In this document: one piece after another, positions 36,204 to 48,600 of the stretch
Layout: every line of letters starts with the position of its first letter
Position numbering within the stretch: position 1 is the stretch's first letter
Origin: Rhynchopus sp. YZ270_cl-10
Taxonomy: Eukaryota
Assembly: GCA_964035575.1 (NCBI GenBank)
Contig: OZ037834.1
Location: 496,001-560,000 of the forward strand
Reading direction: 5' to 3'
DNA: 64,000 nucleotides
Position numbers and translations under genes: made by a program
Notes under the pieces: model-generated
The model's input: the letters and a program-made list of their open reading frames with translations, nothing else
Told to the model about the DNA's origin: nothing
Databases searched by the model: none

Positions 36204-37165
36204 GATTTTTTTTCTCTCTCAAATTGATTTTTTTTTTTTTTTTTTGAAAAGTTATGTTTTTTTTTTCCAATTATTTCAAAGTTGCAATTTCTTTCATTTT
36301 TCATTTTATTTTTTTTTCTATTCTTTACGGTGGCTAAGCACAGAGTGGCTTAGAACCAGTCAAAAACAATCCTTCCTTCCACCCCTCTCCCCCCTTCTTA
36401 TCGCGTATCCCTCAAGGTTGTACCATAGTATCAATCATTTTCCCCGTTCCCCTCTGCTTTTTTAAAAAAGTTTTTGCCCCGAGAGTGAGATGATTTATCA
36501 CAAGAGTTATGCAAAAAAAAAAAGACAGTGGAGATTTGCACGAACTGTGGCAACACAACCGAGGCAACTACACTACAACAATTTATCAAAAAAAAAGGGG
36601 GCACGTTTTTCCTGTTCAGTAAATCCCCCGCTTATGTGTATACAATGGTGAAGTAAATGGATTGGTTTGTGGTTTTGTGGTTTCACCGTTGATTTAAAAT
36701 GATGAAATTACAATTAAGGACCATGTGTTTTCTCTAAGACAAAAATTTCAAAAAAAAAAAAAATACAAAATTCTCGGGTTAGGATGAACTGCATCTATAC
36801 CTTTGAAATTCCTCTAGCCTTAGAGGGTCGTTGTGCACAAGAACCCATCCTCAGATAGGGTGATTGTCGAAAACTACAAAAAAGCAAAAAAAAGCCAAAC
36901 ATTAAGTATGTATACTAACTCATGCGGGGGGGTATATAGACTGGAGTACCGTGCTTTTGCAATAACACACTTCCACTTAGATGGGGGAAGTGTTTTGTCT
37001 CACCGTAGCAAAACTAAAAGAAAAAAAGAAAATGCGCCATTTCCCCCTATTTTTCCCCCAAATGGAGCAATCGTTCAAAACTGTTTTTTTTTTCTTCTTC
37101 AAGGTGACTAATTATAGGTTCATCTTATAAACTTTTCAGAATGTAAATCACGAAAATGGATTGTA

Positions 37166-39008
37166 CACGACGGTGAAGTCAATGACATGACATCTGCATT
37201 TGACATGTGCTTACCATGTAACTTGTTTTTACATGTGCGGTAACGTATATTGGCCGTAAAAATGTCATGTGTTTCACATGTATTTCACGTGTCATTTTAC
37301 ATGTAAAAGCACATGTCTGGGGTGGCGACAAGGGGGGTCGGAACTGGGCAGTCACGAAAAATCACGAAAAATCACAAAGAATCATTTTTCTTCTTTGTGA
37401 TTCTTTGCGACAGGTCGTGATTTTTTGTGACCTTTTTGCGATTTTTTGTGATTTTTTGCGATTTTTTGTGATTTTTTGTGATGTTTTGTGATCTTTTGTG
37501 ATTTTTTGTGATCGGCATATTTTGAGATGAGCTTTTTTTTGTCCCACTCTGGCACTGTGTATGCTGTGTATACCGTGAAAACTGTGTATACTGTGGAAAT
37601 TGACCAAAAACGAGAACTTGTCCATTTCGGCAAATTGACCCCACCACTGGCCAGACGGATTCCGGAAATGCAAATGCCGATGTTTAAAAATTTCACCAAT
37701 GAAAACAAAACAAAAATTTCCAACAACAAACAACACATGAATGCCCCCCAAAACGGCATGACATCTGGTAGAAACAGGGTAGGGAATCGGTTATGCAGCC
37801 ACGCCGAAAAAGTTCAATTTTAAGCGAAACTTACACGCAGAACTGAGAACAACTGAGCACAACTGAACACAATTCCACCACAATTACAGCACAATTGCAG
37901 CAGCCCAAAACGGTACACTTTTGTGATTTTTTGTGATTTTTTGTGATTTTTTGTGATGTTTTGTGATCTTTTGTGATTTTTTGTGATCGGCATATTTTGA
38001 GATGAGCTTTTTTTTGTCCCACTCTGGCACTGTGTATGCTGTGTATACCGTGAAAACTGTGTATACTGTGGAAATTGACCAAAAACGAGAACTTGTCCAT
38101 TTCGGCAAATTGACCCCACCACTGGCCAGACGGATTCCGGAAATGCAAATGCCGATGTTTAAAAATTTCACCAATGAAAACAAAACAAAAATTTCCAACA
38201 ACAAACAACACATGAATGCCCCCCAAAACGGCATGACATCTGGTAGAAACAGGGTAGGGAATCGGTTATGCAGCCACGCCGAAAAAGTTCAATTTTAAGC
38301 GAAACTTACACGCAGAACTGAGAACAACTGAGCACAACTGAACACAATTCCACCACAATTACAGCACAATTGCAGCAGCCCAAAACGGTACACTTTTGTG
38401 ATTTTTTGTGATTTTTTGCGATTTTTTGTGATTTTTTGTGATGTTTTGTGATCTTTTGTGATTTTTTGTGATCGGCATATTTTGAGATGAGCTTTTTTTT
38501 GTCCCACTCTGGCACTGTGTATGCTGTGTATACCGTGAAAACTGTGTATACTGTGGAAATTGACCAAAAACGAGAACTTGTCCATTTCGGCAAATTGACC
38601 CCACCACTGGCCAGACGGATTCCGGAAATGCAAATGCCGATGTTTAAAAATTTCACCAATGAAAACAAAACAAAAATTTCCAACAACAAACAACACATGA
38701 ATGCCCCCCAAAACGGCATGACATCTGGTAGAAACAGGGTAGGGAATCGGTTATGCAGCCACGCCGAAAAAGTTCAATTTTAAGCGAAACTTACACGCAG
38801 AACTGAGAACAACTGAGCACAACTGAACACAATTCCACCACAATTACAGCACAATTGCAGCAGCCCAAAACGGTACACTTTTGTGATTTTTTGTGATTTT
38901 TTGTGATTTTTCGTGATCGAGAGAATTTGAAAATATTTTTTGTGAATATTTTTTTCCACACCCCCCCTGTCGCCACCCCAATGTCATGTCATTGACTTCA
39001 CCGTCGTG
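37166..39008. mobile_element. CACGACGG-ended element (1843 bp) containing 3 tandem ~475-485 bp units
   Basis: Long TIR CACGACGGTGAAGTCAATGACATGACAT. It splits a family-C copy at GGATTG-TA-GGACTG with TA duplicated. Equivalent unit positions at 37527, 38002 and 38487; units differ in (TTTTGTGATT)n count. Confidence 0.9.
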
Positions 39009-39149
39009 TAGGACTGCATGGTTCGGGGGGGTCCCCCCAACCATGTAGTCCTACATTCGGTACACCCCGGTCATTGTACCAAAAAGTACACTGTTCAGCG
39101 GGCTGTTTGTATTTCAAGTCAAGTTAATTTTCTTTCTCTTCAAAACATA

Positions 39150-39323
39150 CACGGTGGCCAGTTTGAGTGGGAGAGCGTCAAAAATTTGACGTTTTTTTGG
39201 GAGAGCGCCTGGTAGCCACTGGGTGTGGAGACGCTCTCCCAGACACCCTCCCGCAGGAGAGCAATTACAAACCTGTATTTTCATCCACTTTTGACGCTCT
39301 CCCACATCAAACTGGCCACCGTG
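39150..39323. mobile_element. 174-bp MITE, TA-flanked
   Basis: TIR CACGGTGGCCAGTTTGA(T)GTGGGAGAGCGTCAAAA. Confidence 0.85.
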
Positions 39324-40689
39324 TACCAAAAAAAAAAAGCAAGGGTACATTTTCCCCCTTTATGTCTTTCTTTTCGTTTAGAAAAGAATGTATGTGAAAT
39401 AACTTCTTTTTGCTCTGCTGAAGGGGGAAGGGGGGGAAGCCAACTATAGAGCTTTTCCCCACCCCGTATCGTATCCCTTGGGAGATGACTGGCTTGTTAC
39501 CTGCAATGCTGTCTATCTCTGAGATTTGTCTATTTTTTTTTATATACGACACCCCCCTTCATTGCAACACAAGAGCATTTATTTTTTGTTCGGTTGGTAC
39601 ACTCTTCACGAGAGGGCTTTTGTATTTCAACACTGCTTTTTTTCTATTGATGTTTTTGCGTGACTACTCCCCCTTCCCACTTCCCCGGTTTCCCCCCAAT
39701 ATTCCAATTGCACGACAGAAATACAAAAAAAAAGTAATTTCTTTGGGTTGAGGATGATCTGCATCTATACCTTTGAAATTCATTAGCCTTCGGGCGACTT
39801 TGTGTACAAGAACCCGTCCTCGGACAGGTGACTGTCGAAACTACAAAAACGTCGTGACTGAACTTTTGGAAAAGTAGAGATTGCACAATTGTGGCGACAC
39901 AAACCGAGGCAAACTATACTACAACAAATTTATCAAAAAAAATTTTGGAAAAAAAAAGCAAAAAACCTCCAAAGAGATAGAGACAGGAAGAAATTCATAT
40001 GTAGAAAGTCTTTCCGCAGCAGTAGCGATTGCTAGAATTTAAAAAAAAAGGAAAAGGTATCTCTCTCTCTCTTTTTTTTAAAGATTGGATTCCTCCCTTC
40101 AACGCTGCTTCTACGTTACTGCCCTTCTGTGTCTCTGTTTTGAGTTTTTTTTTTTTTAAATATCCCCCCTCCCCCAGGTCAGCACCACCCAAACACTCCG
40201 GGGGGGGGGGTTCCCCTGATACCCCACGGTGTGTCAGTGCCTGCGTTTGCCAAGGTGTTTTGCATTCTCACCTTCACCCCTCTTATTTTTCGATTTTTTT
40301 TTTCCTCTACTTTCTGTGCCAAAAAAAAAGAGCGCTTCTCTCCAGACACACTCTCGTTTAAAGGATTATTAAAAGGACAATGAAAGTGTGGGTCGTGCGG
40401 TATACAAACATATTCTCCTTCGGGTTGACAAATTGTTTAGTATTTGCACAGCGAGCAGCCTTCTTTTTTGCACTATTTTTTTTTTCCCTCCTAATTTTAT
40501 CCCCTACCCCCTTTTATAAGATGACCCGAGAGAGGCTTAGGCCCATCTTTACAATCTTTTCATTTTTTTTTTTTAAATTTGGTGATATCCTCAATGTGTG
40601 TTTTTCTTTATGTCCGGACAAAAAAAAAAACTATCTTTTTGGCGGTTATAGTGGAGGACACTCTAGGGTGGCTACACTAATACAACCAA

Positions 40690-41060
40690 CATGGAAAACA
40701 AAAGATCTTAGTAAGGGGAATTTTTTTTTGAGCGGGGTTTTGATATCTTCTTAGTTTTTTTTTTCCACTAAGATCTTAGTTTTTTTTTTTTAAGATCTTA
40801 GTTTTTTTGTTAAGATCTTAGTTTTTTTTCCACTAAGATCTTAGTTTTTTTTGTTAAGATCTTAGTTTTTTTTATTAAGATCTTAGTTTTTTTTTGTGAA
40901 AACTAAGATCTTAATAAAAAAAACTAAGATCTTTTAAAAAAAAAATCTAAGATCTTAAGAAAAAAACTAAGATCTTAACAAAAAACACTAAGATCTTACT
41001 TAATTAAAAAAAAAACACTAAGATCGGTCATATCTTAATTAAGATCTTTTGTAATCCATG
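40690..41060. mobile_element. CAT-ended foldback-like element (371 bp) built of TAAGATCTTA palindromes, inserted in a family-F copy
   Basis: TIR CATGGAAAACAAAAGATCTTA / TAAGATCTTTTGTAATCCATG. 6-bp TSD AACCAA. Confidence 0.85.
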
Positions 41061-41546
41061 AACCAAGTTTTCAAAAAAAAAAATCTGACGTTTTTTAGTT
41101 TTCAAGCCCCTTTTGGGTTGGTGTTTTGAGCAGTCAGAATCCCACCTCGGTGAAGAGGGGGGGGTGATTGTCAATGCAGTATATATGGTGTTATATTCTT
41201 TTCCCCACCCCCCATTGAAAATTTTACCTTTCATTTGCGTCGCTACAAAGGTACTATAATACCTAGAGACTGCGTTCAATGGGGAAAGAGGAAGAAGAAG
41301 CACTCCAAAAATTTTGAACTTATTTTCTTGTATAGTGTTTTGTTTTGATGTGTACGGTAAACTATATTGGGACATGCTATGCGTTGGGAATTTATCGAAA
41401 CCCCCCCTTTTTTTTTTTCTGTTGCATTTCCAACTTCTTAGTACAGGGCCCAGCTTCTTTTCGTACAACAATTTTTTCTTTTAATATTTTGTTTGGACAT
41501 TTGACGCATGAGGTTTAAAAAAGATTGCCAAAAAAATAAACGTATG

Positions 41547-41708
41547 TGGTGCTTTCGGAAGTCGGTCAACGACCTGTCAGTATCAGGGGGGTGTGTGTAT
41601 AGAGCCCCTGTGTCAGCGACCTGTCAACGACCTGTCAGTATCAGGGGGGTGTGTGTATAGAGCCCCTGTGTCAGCGACCTGTCAATATCGACCCCTCCCG
41701 GAGCACCA
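41547..41708. mobile_element. TGGTG...CACCA MITE, subfamily 3, with an internal tandem duplication. Short copy 62017-62085
   Basis: TIR TGGTGCTT(T)CGG / CCG(G/A)AGCACCA. TSDs GTATG and GTTAT. Confidence 0.85.
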
Positions 41709-43289
41709 GTATGATTTCTTTTTCCCTCTTTTTTCCTTTATCATTACTTTCACTCTTTTTTGCGTGTATTTCAACTCAGCTATCTTTTTAAAAATCTATA
41801 CCTTCCGTAGTACAAAAAGGCTTCGGCCAACATTGAGAACAGAACCTTAGTCAACCCTACGTGGGTTCTTCGGTGATTGTTCGACACAACAAAACAAAAA
41901 AAAAAATTACAAAAAGACACCACCCTTCCCAAACTATTCCATTATTTTACTTCAAAACACACACTCCGGGGTTTGATAGCCCACGGAGCACATCAGTGGT
42001 GTCGTGACGTCCTCGAGGAGGGCGGGCTTTGCACTTCCGATTTTTTCCCTCCCTCCCTCCCCTCCCCCACTTTTCAAATCCCCCCACCTTTTTTTCCCTC
42101 AACTGCTGACTAAACAGAGAGAGAGGTTTTCACCATTTCAATCTCTCTCTCTCTCTTTTTTTTGCTGGGTACATTTAGTGCACCCTATTATACCATCTAT
42201 TCAGTAGAATAGTTAGTATATGAAACAATTTTTTTTTGCTGTTTTTTGTCTTTCTTGTTGTTATTCTTTTGACTACTTTTGGAAACCAAACAAATATTAT
42301 CCGCCTCTTCGTCTCTAAACAACAATCCTCCAGGAAAACTATCGTCTTTTTTTTTCATTGAACGTCAAAAAAAAGGGTGTCTGCTTTTGGCGGTGAGAGG
42401 GGAATTTCTAGGAAATACTATGTTGTAAAGAGATCTTGGGGTGGCTTCTAAATTTGCTGGTTTTTAATCACGCTTTTTTGTGTTGGGGGAAAAAAAAAAA
42501 CCTCGGTCACAAAAAAAAAGGAAAAAGTTTGGAATGTTCAGTTGTTCAGTGCATAATGTTATACCACATACAACAACGTAGTGTGGTTGAAGCTCGCATA
42601 TTACACCAGGTCAAGATTTGTGTTAATTATTGGTAGAGAGGGGTTTTTTTTTCATCCGTCATATTCGATTGTGATCCCCCTTTTTTGCCTTATGAACACA
42701 TTGTGAAGATTTTGTAAAGATTTGCGCTTCGATCATCGCTTCAAAAGTGGAAAAAAAAAAATACTCGGTTTCTTCCGAACAAAAAAAATATTGTGTAAAA
42801 GAGAACAGAACTTTCACAGGGGGGGTGTCAGTGTCACTACACTGCTCTTCCCCCCCCAAAACCAATTTATCGGAAAACTACAACAGAGTTTTCAAAATAA
42901 AAAAGGAATAGTATTTTGCACACCTTCATGCTTCCCACACACACACCTCCCGATTTATTGTACCTCTTCTCTTTTTGTTCGAAACGGATGGACTCTTGAT
43001 TCTGGAGTCTGGAGCTTCAATGATCTCCGTTCATCTGATGATAGATGATGAGAGGAAGCGGGAGTAACGCATATCCGGTATATTCCTTGAAATGGATAGT
43101 AGGACCATGGTTGGGGGAGGTCCACATCCCCACGGTGCACCCGCTCATTTGTAGCAAAAGGTGCACTGTTCACGGGAGGGATTTTTTTTTTGTATTTCAA
43201 GTCAATTTTTGGCTCCACACTCCACTTATCACACCTACCATCCTTCCCTGCAGGACAATCCTCTACAACACCCCCCTTTTTTTCTCAAA

Positions 43290-44219
43290 ATGCCCGGAAA
43301 GAAGATCGTCAAGGTGAAGGAGGAGGCTACACGCATTGGACCCAACGTGCCCGCTGACACCACTGTATGGTTCACTTTCCCCCCTCCACACCTTTATTCC
43401 AACTAAAGCAGTGGCAGGACATTGCGTTCCCTGTTAAGATACTCTACTACCACCAAGGGTGTATATGAAGACATTCGTGTCAAATGCTTGTACAGAAGTT
43501 CATCTTGGAACACCTTTTTCCATCTTAAATCATTTTCCTCCTCCACAGGTCTTCGGTGTGTGCCACATCTTCGCGTCCTTCAACGACACCTTCGTGCACG
43601 TGACCGACATCAGCGGTATGCCTACTGTCCAACCCCCTTCCACCTCCCAACCTCAGAAAAACAACCCCCGATCAAAGTCTTATCATGACAAGAGAGCTTA
43701 TAAACTTTTTTTTCTTCCACCGCCGATGCATTGGGTGGTTCATTTGTACCAAAAGTACACTGTTTATGGGTTTTGTTTGTATTTCAAAGTCAACTTCTTT
43801 CTATTCGTTATTTTCACGAATTATGTGAGAATTTTCTTCTCTGGGGGTGGGGGTTCGCTAACCCCCACCAAGAGGAAGACCCCCACATTTCACACCCACA
43901 CCCCACAGGAAGAGAGACCTACGTGCGTGTGACCGGAGGAATGAAGGTGAAGGCCGACCGTGACGAGTCCTCCCCTTACGCCGCCATGCTTGCCGCCCAG
44001 GACGTGGCGGCCCGCTGCAAGGAGATCGGCATCACCGCGCTCCACATCAAGATGCGCGCCACCGGAGGAGTGGGCACCAAGTCCCCTGGACCGGGAGCAC
44101 AGTCCGCCCTCCGTGCCCTTGCCCGTGCCGGAGTCAAGATTGGCCGCATTGAGGACGTGACCCCCACCCCCACCGACTCCACCCGCCGGAAGGGAGGACG
44201 CCGTGGACGTCGTCTGTAA
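43290..44219 (+). CDS. RPS14: 40S ribosomal protein S14 (uS11), 150 aa; exons 43290-43364, 43549-43615, 43909-44219
   Basis: [54 protein letters not shown]...[25 protein letters not shown]. Confidence 0.98.
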
Positions 44220-44851
44220 GCGCTCTCTTCCTTCGCTTTTTTTCTCTTTTCTTGGCCGAGGTGAGAGGGTCAAGGGCGGTCTATAAGATGGTGTAGAGAA
44301 AAAAAAAAGTTGGGGAAATGGGTGATGTTTTGTCTGTGTAGTGGGAGTGGGATGGTGTGGACTCCAATACGCACAACAGAAGCCAGTCCAATAATCAAAA
44401 AAAAAAAAATATTAGCTCTCTCTCCCCCGATTTCTTTTTTTGAAGCCTTCCTTTCCCCTTCCCAAATAATTCCTCAGAAGGTTCATCGCATAAACGTTGC
44501 TTTTCTCACTTCAGATGGGGAAAATGACTGTGTGCCTGTTGACAGTTTTCCTTGTCGGCAATTCCCCATGGTGCAACGATCCGTGTGTGTGGGGCTTCGA
44601 TAACATAACCCCTCCACGGAGTGTCCATGCAGTGCCCTATGTCCCAGAGGGGGGGTTTTGTACTATGAAGTTGTTGGATTAAAGTGCGAGGGTTTCGCCC
44701 CGGTCGTGCGATCACATCCTTTTTTTATTGCACAGCGGGCACCGTAGTTCTAATGAGGGGTCTCTCACTAAGAGGCAGGTCGTCTTAACTTACACTTACA
44801 CACCACAGATCTGAAAACGTAAAGACACATACCCCCACCCAACAGTCTACA

Positions 44852-46288
44852 ATGCGTGCCACAGTTGCGTCGGTGCTGCTGCTCTCAGCGTGTGTGGATG
44901 TTGCGAGCGCAAGCCACCTGTGCACGTCGTTGGTGCCGCGCCTGATGTCGACGGTGCGCTGCCGCAACGATGCGAAGTGCATGCGGCACATTGGCGTCCA
45001 GCTCTGTGGTGGTGTCGCAACGTGCACTGCAGCGGGCTTCTGCGACTGGAGTGCTGAGCCCGCACCCACCTGTGACGATATCAAAGCCGACTTCACCAGC
45101 TACCTTGCGACCATCCAGACCTGCGACACTGCGAGCGAGTGTGGTACTGTGCTGACCGGGACAAGCTGTGGGTGCACACGCAACCTGGTGGCACGTGCTG
45201 ACCTGACCGCACAGCAGGTGGCAGACTTCGAGGCCCTGAAGGCGCAGTACTCAGTCTGTGGTGGCAGCTTCCTCTCGACCTGCGACTGCCCGGCTGCCTC
45301 TGGCTTCAAGTGCTCGGAGAACCGCTGCTCGTTCAACCTTGTGACTGCACCTGTGCCCGTGCCCGTGCCGGAGCCGACCTGTGATGAGATCACAACTGAC
45401 TACAACGCATTCCTGGCGAGAATCCAGACCTGCTCGGCAGCAAGCGACTGTGGCACTGTGCTGTCCGGAACCGGCTGTGGATGCACACGCAACAAGGTGG
45501 CACGTGCTGACTTGAGCGCAACCGACCTGGCGACGTTCAACACCCTGCTCGGACAGTACCAGACCTGCAACGGGCCCCTGATCACCATCTGCGACTGCCC
45601 GGCCTCTGACGGCTTCAGGTGCACGGACGCGGGTGTGTGTGCACACAACTTTGTGACTGCACCTGTGCCCGTGCCTGTGCCGGAGCCGACCTGTGACGAG
45701 ATCACAACTGACTACAACGCATTCCTGGCGAGAATCCAGACCTGCTCGGCAGCAAGCGACTGTGGCACTGTGTTGTCAGGGACCGGCTGTGGATGCACAC
45801 GCAACAAGGTGGCACGTGCTGACTTGAGCGCAACCGACCTGGCGACGTTTGAGACCCTGCTCGGACAGTACCAGACCTGCAACGGACCCCTGATCACCAT
45901 CTGCGACTGCCCGGCCTCTGACGGCTTCAGGTGCACGGACGCGGGTATGTGTGCGCACAACCTTGTGGGCACACAGCCCGCACCTATTGTTTCTGTTTGC
46001 AGCACCGCGGAGGCAGAGTACGAAGCCGCCCTCACCACCGTGCAGACCTGCAGAGAGAGTGCCGAATGCGAGCCGGCACGCCCGCTGGTGGGAACGAGCT
46101 GTGGGTGCACCAGGAACCTGCTTGCGAGTGTGCGTGCGACAGACGCCGAGATGGCCGCATTCAGCGCGAAGAAGGATGTCCTTGTGGAGTGCTTCGGCAG
46201 CAGCAGGTTCATCAGCACATGCGACTGCCCCGCACGCGTGCCACAGTGTGTGGCAGGGAGGTGTGCGTACAGCGCAGCCCTGGCGTGA
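44852..46288 (+). CDS. Secreted Cys-rich repeat protein, copy 1 (478 aa, 4 modules)
   Basis: Signal peptide, 6-Cys N-domain, four ~104-aa 10-Cys modules (GT(S/G)CGCTRN...CDCP), APVPVPVP linkers, no TM segment. Confidence 0.9.
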   Translation: MRATVASVLLLSACVDVASASHLCTSLVPRLMSTVRCRNDAKCMRHIGVQLCGGVATCTAAGFCDWSAEPAPTCDDIKADFTSYLATIQTCDTASECGTVLTGTSCGCTRNLVARADLTAQQVADFEALKAQYSVCGGSFLSTCDCPAASGFKCSENRCSFNLVTAPVPVPVPEPTCDEITTDYNAFLARIQTCSAASDCGTVLSGTGCGCTRNKVARADLSATDLATFNTLLGQYQTCNGPLITICDCPASDGFRCTDAGVCAHNFVTAPVPVPVPEPTCDEITTDYNAFLARIQTCSAASDCGTVLSGTGCGCTRNKVARADLSATDLATFETLLGQYQTCNGPLITICDCPASDGFRCTDAGMCAHNLVGTQPAPIVSVCSTAEAEYEAALTTVQTCRESAECEPARPLVGTSCGCTRNLLASVRATDAEMAAFSAKKDVLVECFGSSRFISTCDCPARVPQCVAGRCAYSAALA

Positions 46289-46968
46289 GCGTGATGCGTC
46301 CGCGGGGTCCGGGGAGTGACTGACTGACACTGTGCTGTGTCTTTGTTGCTTCTCTTTTCTATTCTTTTAGTAAACGCGTTTTTATCTTCTTCTGCTGTTG
46401 ACGAAGTGTTTCGTGCCGCAAAAAAAAAGACGCTTTGTTTTCAGCCTGTCTTTTCGTTTTCTTTGTTTCCCCCCCCCCCCTTTTTTTTTTGTGATGCCCA
46501 CTGTGCTGGGGAATGTGCAGCTGCGTTTTTTGGATAGCGTTTCACAACAGAAGTGGGGATGGATGTGTGTAGTGTATGTGGGACAGATGTCCGGGTGTTC
46601 AGTTGTACCCCGGCCCTGTCCCCGCTCCATCGTTCTATCCCTTTCTGTTGCTGTTTTCCTGTTGCACACAACACACGTTCCCACAAAGCTTGTGCGGACG
46701 ATGCTGTGTCAACTGGGGGCTGAAACGTGAAATAGGAGAGAAGGCTGTGTTATGTATCATATCATATGCCTGAGCCTGTCCAAAGTACGCAAAAACTAAA
46801 GCAACCCCTCGCTGCCCTTCCCTTTCCTTTTCACCTCTTCTTGTCTTTATCAGCACAAAAGACATCCTCGTGTCTTTTATTCTAAAAGATGGCATGTGTC
46901 CGCGTCCATCCATCTGATAATGTCGTTATTTTTGGTTGTTTTTGTTTTGTTTGTTTTGCGTCTTTTTT

Positions 46969-47874
46969 CATACTTGGACCGCCCGAAATATATTTCGGGC
47001 GAATTCGGGCGGATTTTTCGGGCGCGGATCCCGAGCGCCCGAAATGTGCCCGAAATATCTTTCGGGCGTTTTAAAGGGAATTTATACGTAATTCGGGCGA
47101 ATTCGGGCACATTTCGGGCGAATTCGGGCGATTTCGGGCAGATTCGGGCGAATTCGGGCGCACAACCAGTATCTTATGTGTGCTGGGAAGCATGCTATCA
47201 GTGTAAAAATCTAACGCTTTATTTGAAAGATTGGCACAAAATTTGTTCAAAGAAAAAAAAATTGAGCAAAAATTCCTAGTAGAACCCAACTTATATGAGT
47301 GCAGCTCTGTTAGCAGCCACGTATAAAACCGATTTCCCTAACAATTTACACTAAAATACTACTAAAAACATAAAAAGGCGATTTTTCACGTGTTTTTGGG
47401 CATCTCCTGAGCAACTACAGGCCCGAAACACCCCCAGAATGGGTCAGAACCACCCTGTGACCCGAAAATTCACAAAAATTCACCCTGAAATACGAAAAAA
47501 TAGTGAAAACCCTGTTCATAGTGTGTTTTGGGTGGGAATAAGCAAATGATAGTCAGAAAACCCGTAATTTGGTGGTGATTCTCACGGGCCTCCAAAGTGC
47601 ACTCAGGTGTACAAAAGTTTTCGACTCTTGCTTATTTTGACAGATTTGGCATCAAATATTTCCAAATATAAAAAGTTTTTTGCGAAAATGAGTAGAACCC
47701 TACCTAGTCGGTTTTCACTACGGAAAAAGCGCCCGAATTAGCCCGAAATCTGCATTTCGGGCGATTTCGGGCGTTTTCGGGCGATTTCGGGCGTTTTCGG
47801 GCGACTTCGGGCGCAAAAAATCGCCCGAAATCCGCCCGAAATGCCCGAAATATATTTCGGGCGGTCCAAGTATG
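46969..47874. mobile_element. CAT-ended TIR element (906 bp) present in only one of three paralogous spacers
   Basis: TIR CATACTTGGACCGCCCGAAATATATTTCGGGC. TTTTTT duplicated. Empty sites GCGTCTTTTTTATCATC at ~50390 and ~53211. TTCGGGC subterminal repeats. Confidence 0.95.
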
Positions 47875-48600
47875 TTTTTTATCATCTCTTTTTTTGACAT
47901 TGTTGCGTGTGCCCAAGCAGTCTTCTTCACACCCTTATTGTGTGTCGCGATCGTATATCCCTGGCAGTGGGGCTGGGATGGTATGGGTTCCACCTCTGTT
48001 TTTGTATGCAGTCCTGTGTGTGTCGTTGTTGCTCTCTTCTACCCCTGCACCTTAGGTTTGTGCCGTTTGCACTTTCATGACCTTTTTTATTGTATTTGCC
48101 CATCCCCTCCCGCAGCTCGGTTCCTATTTCCTGTTTGGGTTTTTTTTGTGTGCGGTGTTCTGTTGTCCATCTGATGTTTCGGGGACGATAGAGGCTCGCA
48201 AAACTAACCGATTTTTCTGTGTCTTGCATTTGAAGTTTTTGAAGGCAGAGACACATGAACAAAAAGAACGGGAACGAAAAGTAGGAACCGTACTGTGTGG
48301 GGGGTGGGAAACAAAGGTGATGCGGGGGCAAAAGGTAGAGAGCATCTGTGAAAAAACACAGTGGGACGAATGCTGCGAAAAAGAAAAGAAAGTCTTTATT
48401 TTTAAACAATACACGTTTACCAGTGCACAAGAGAAAATAGCAAAACAAACGGAAAAAAGAAAAAAAATAAAAAGGCGTTGCCACCCTCTCTATTTAATGC
48501 CATCTGTCTGAAGTGAAGGGGTTCGTCTCAACTCACACTCACACTTACACACTACAGATCTGAAAACGTAAAGACACATACCCCCACCCAACAGTCTACA

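Noticed and set aside
37362..38783. Repeated 98-138 aa ORFs
   Set aside because: Incidental frames in the ~480-bp satellite, low-complexity (KITK/SQK) translation.
37420..38910. Regular repeats as a possible CRISPR array (also 40690-41060, 63010-63118)
   Set aside because: Eukaryotic context, no unique spacers and no cas genes. These are tandem repeats inside TIR elements.
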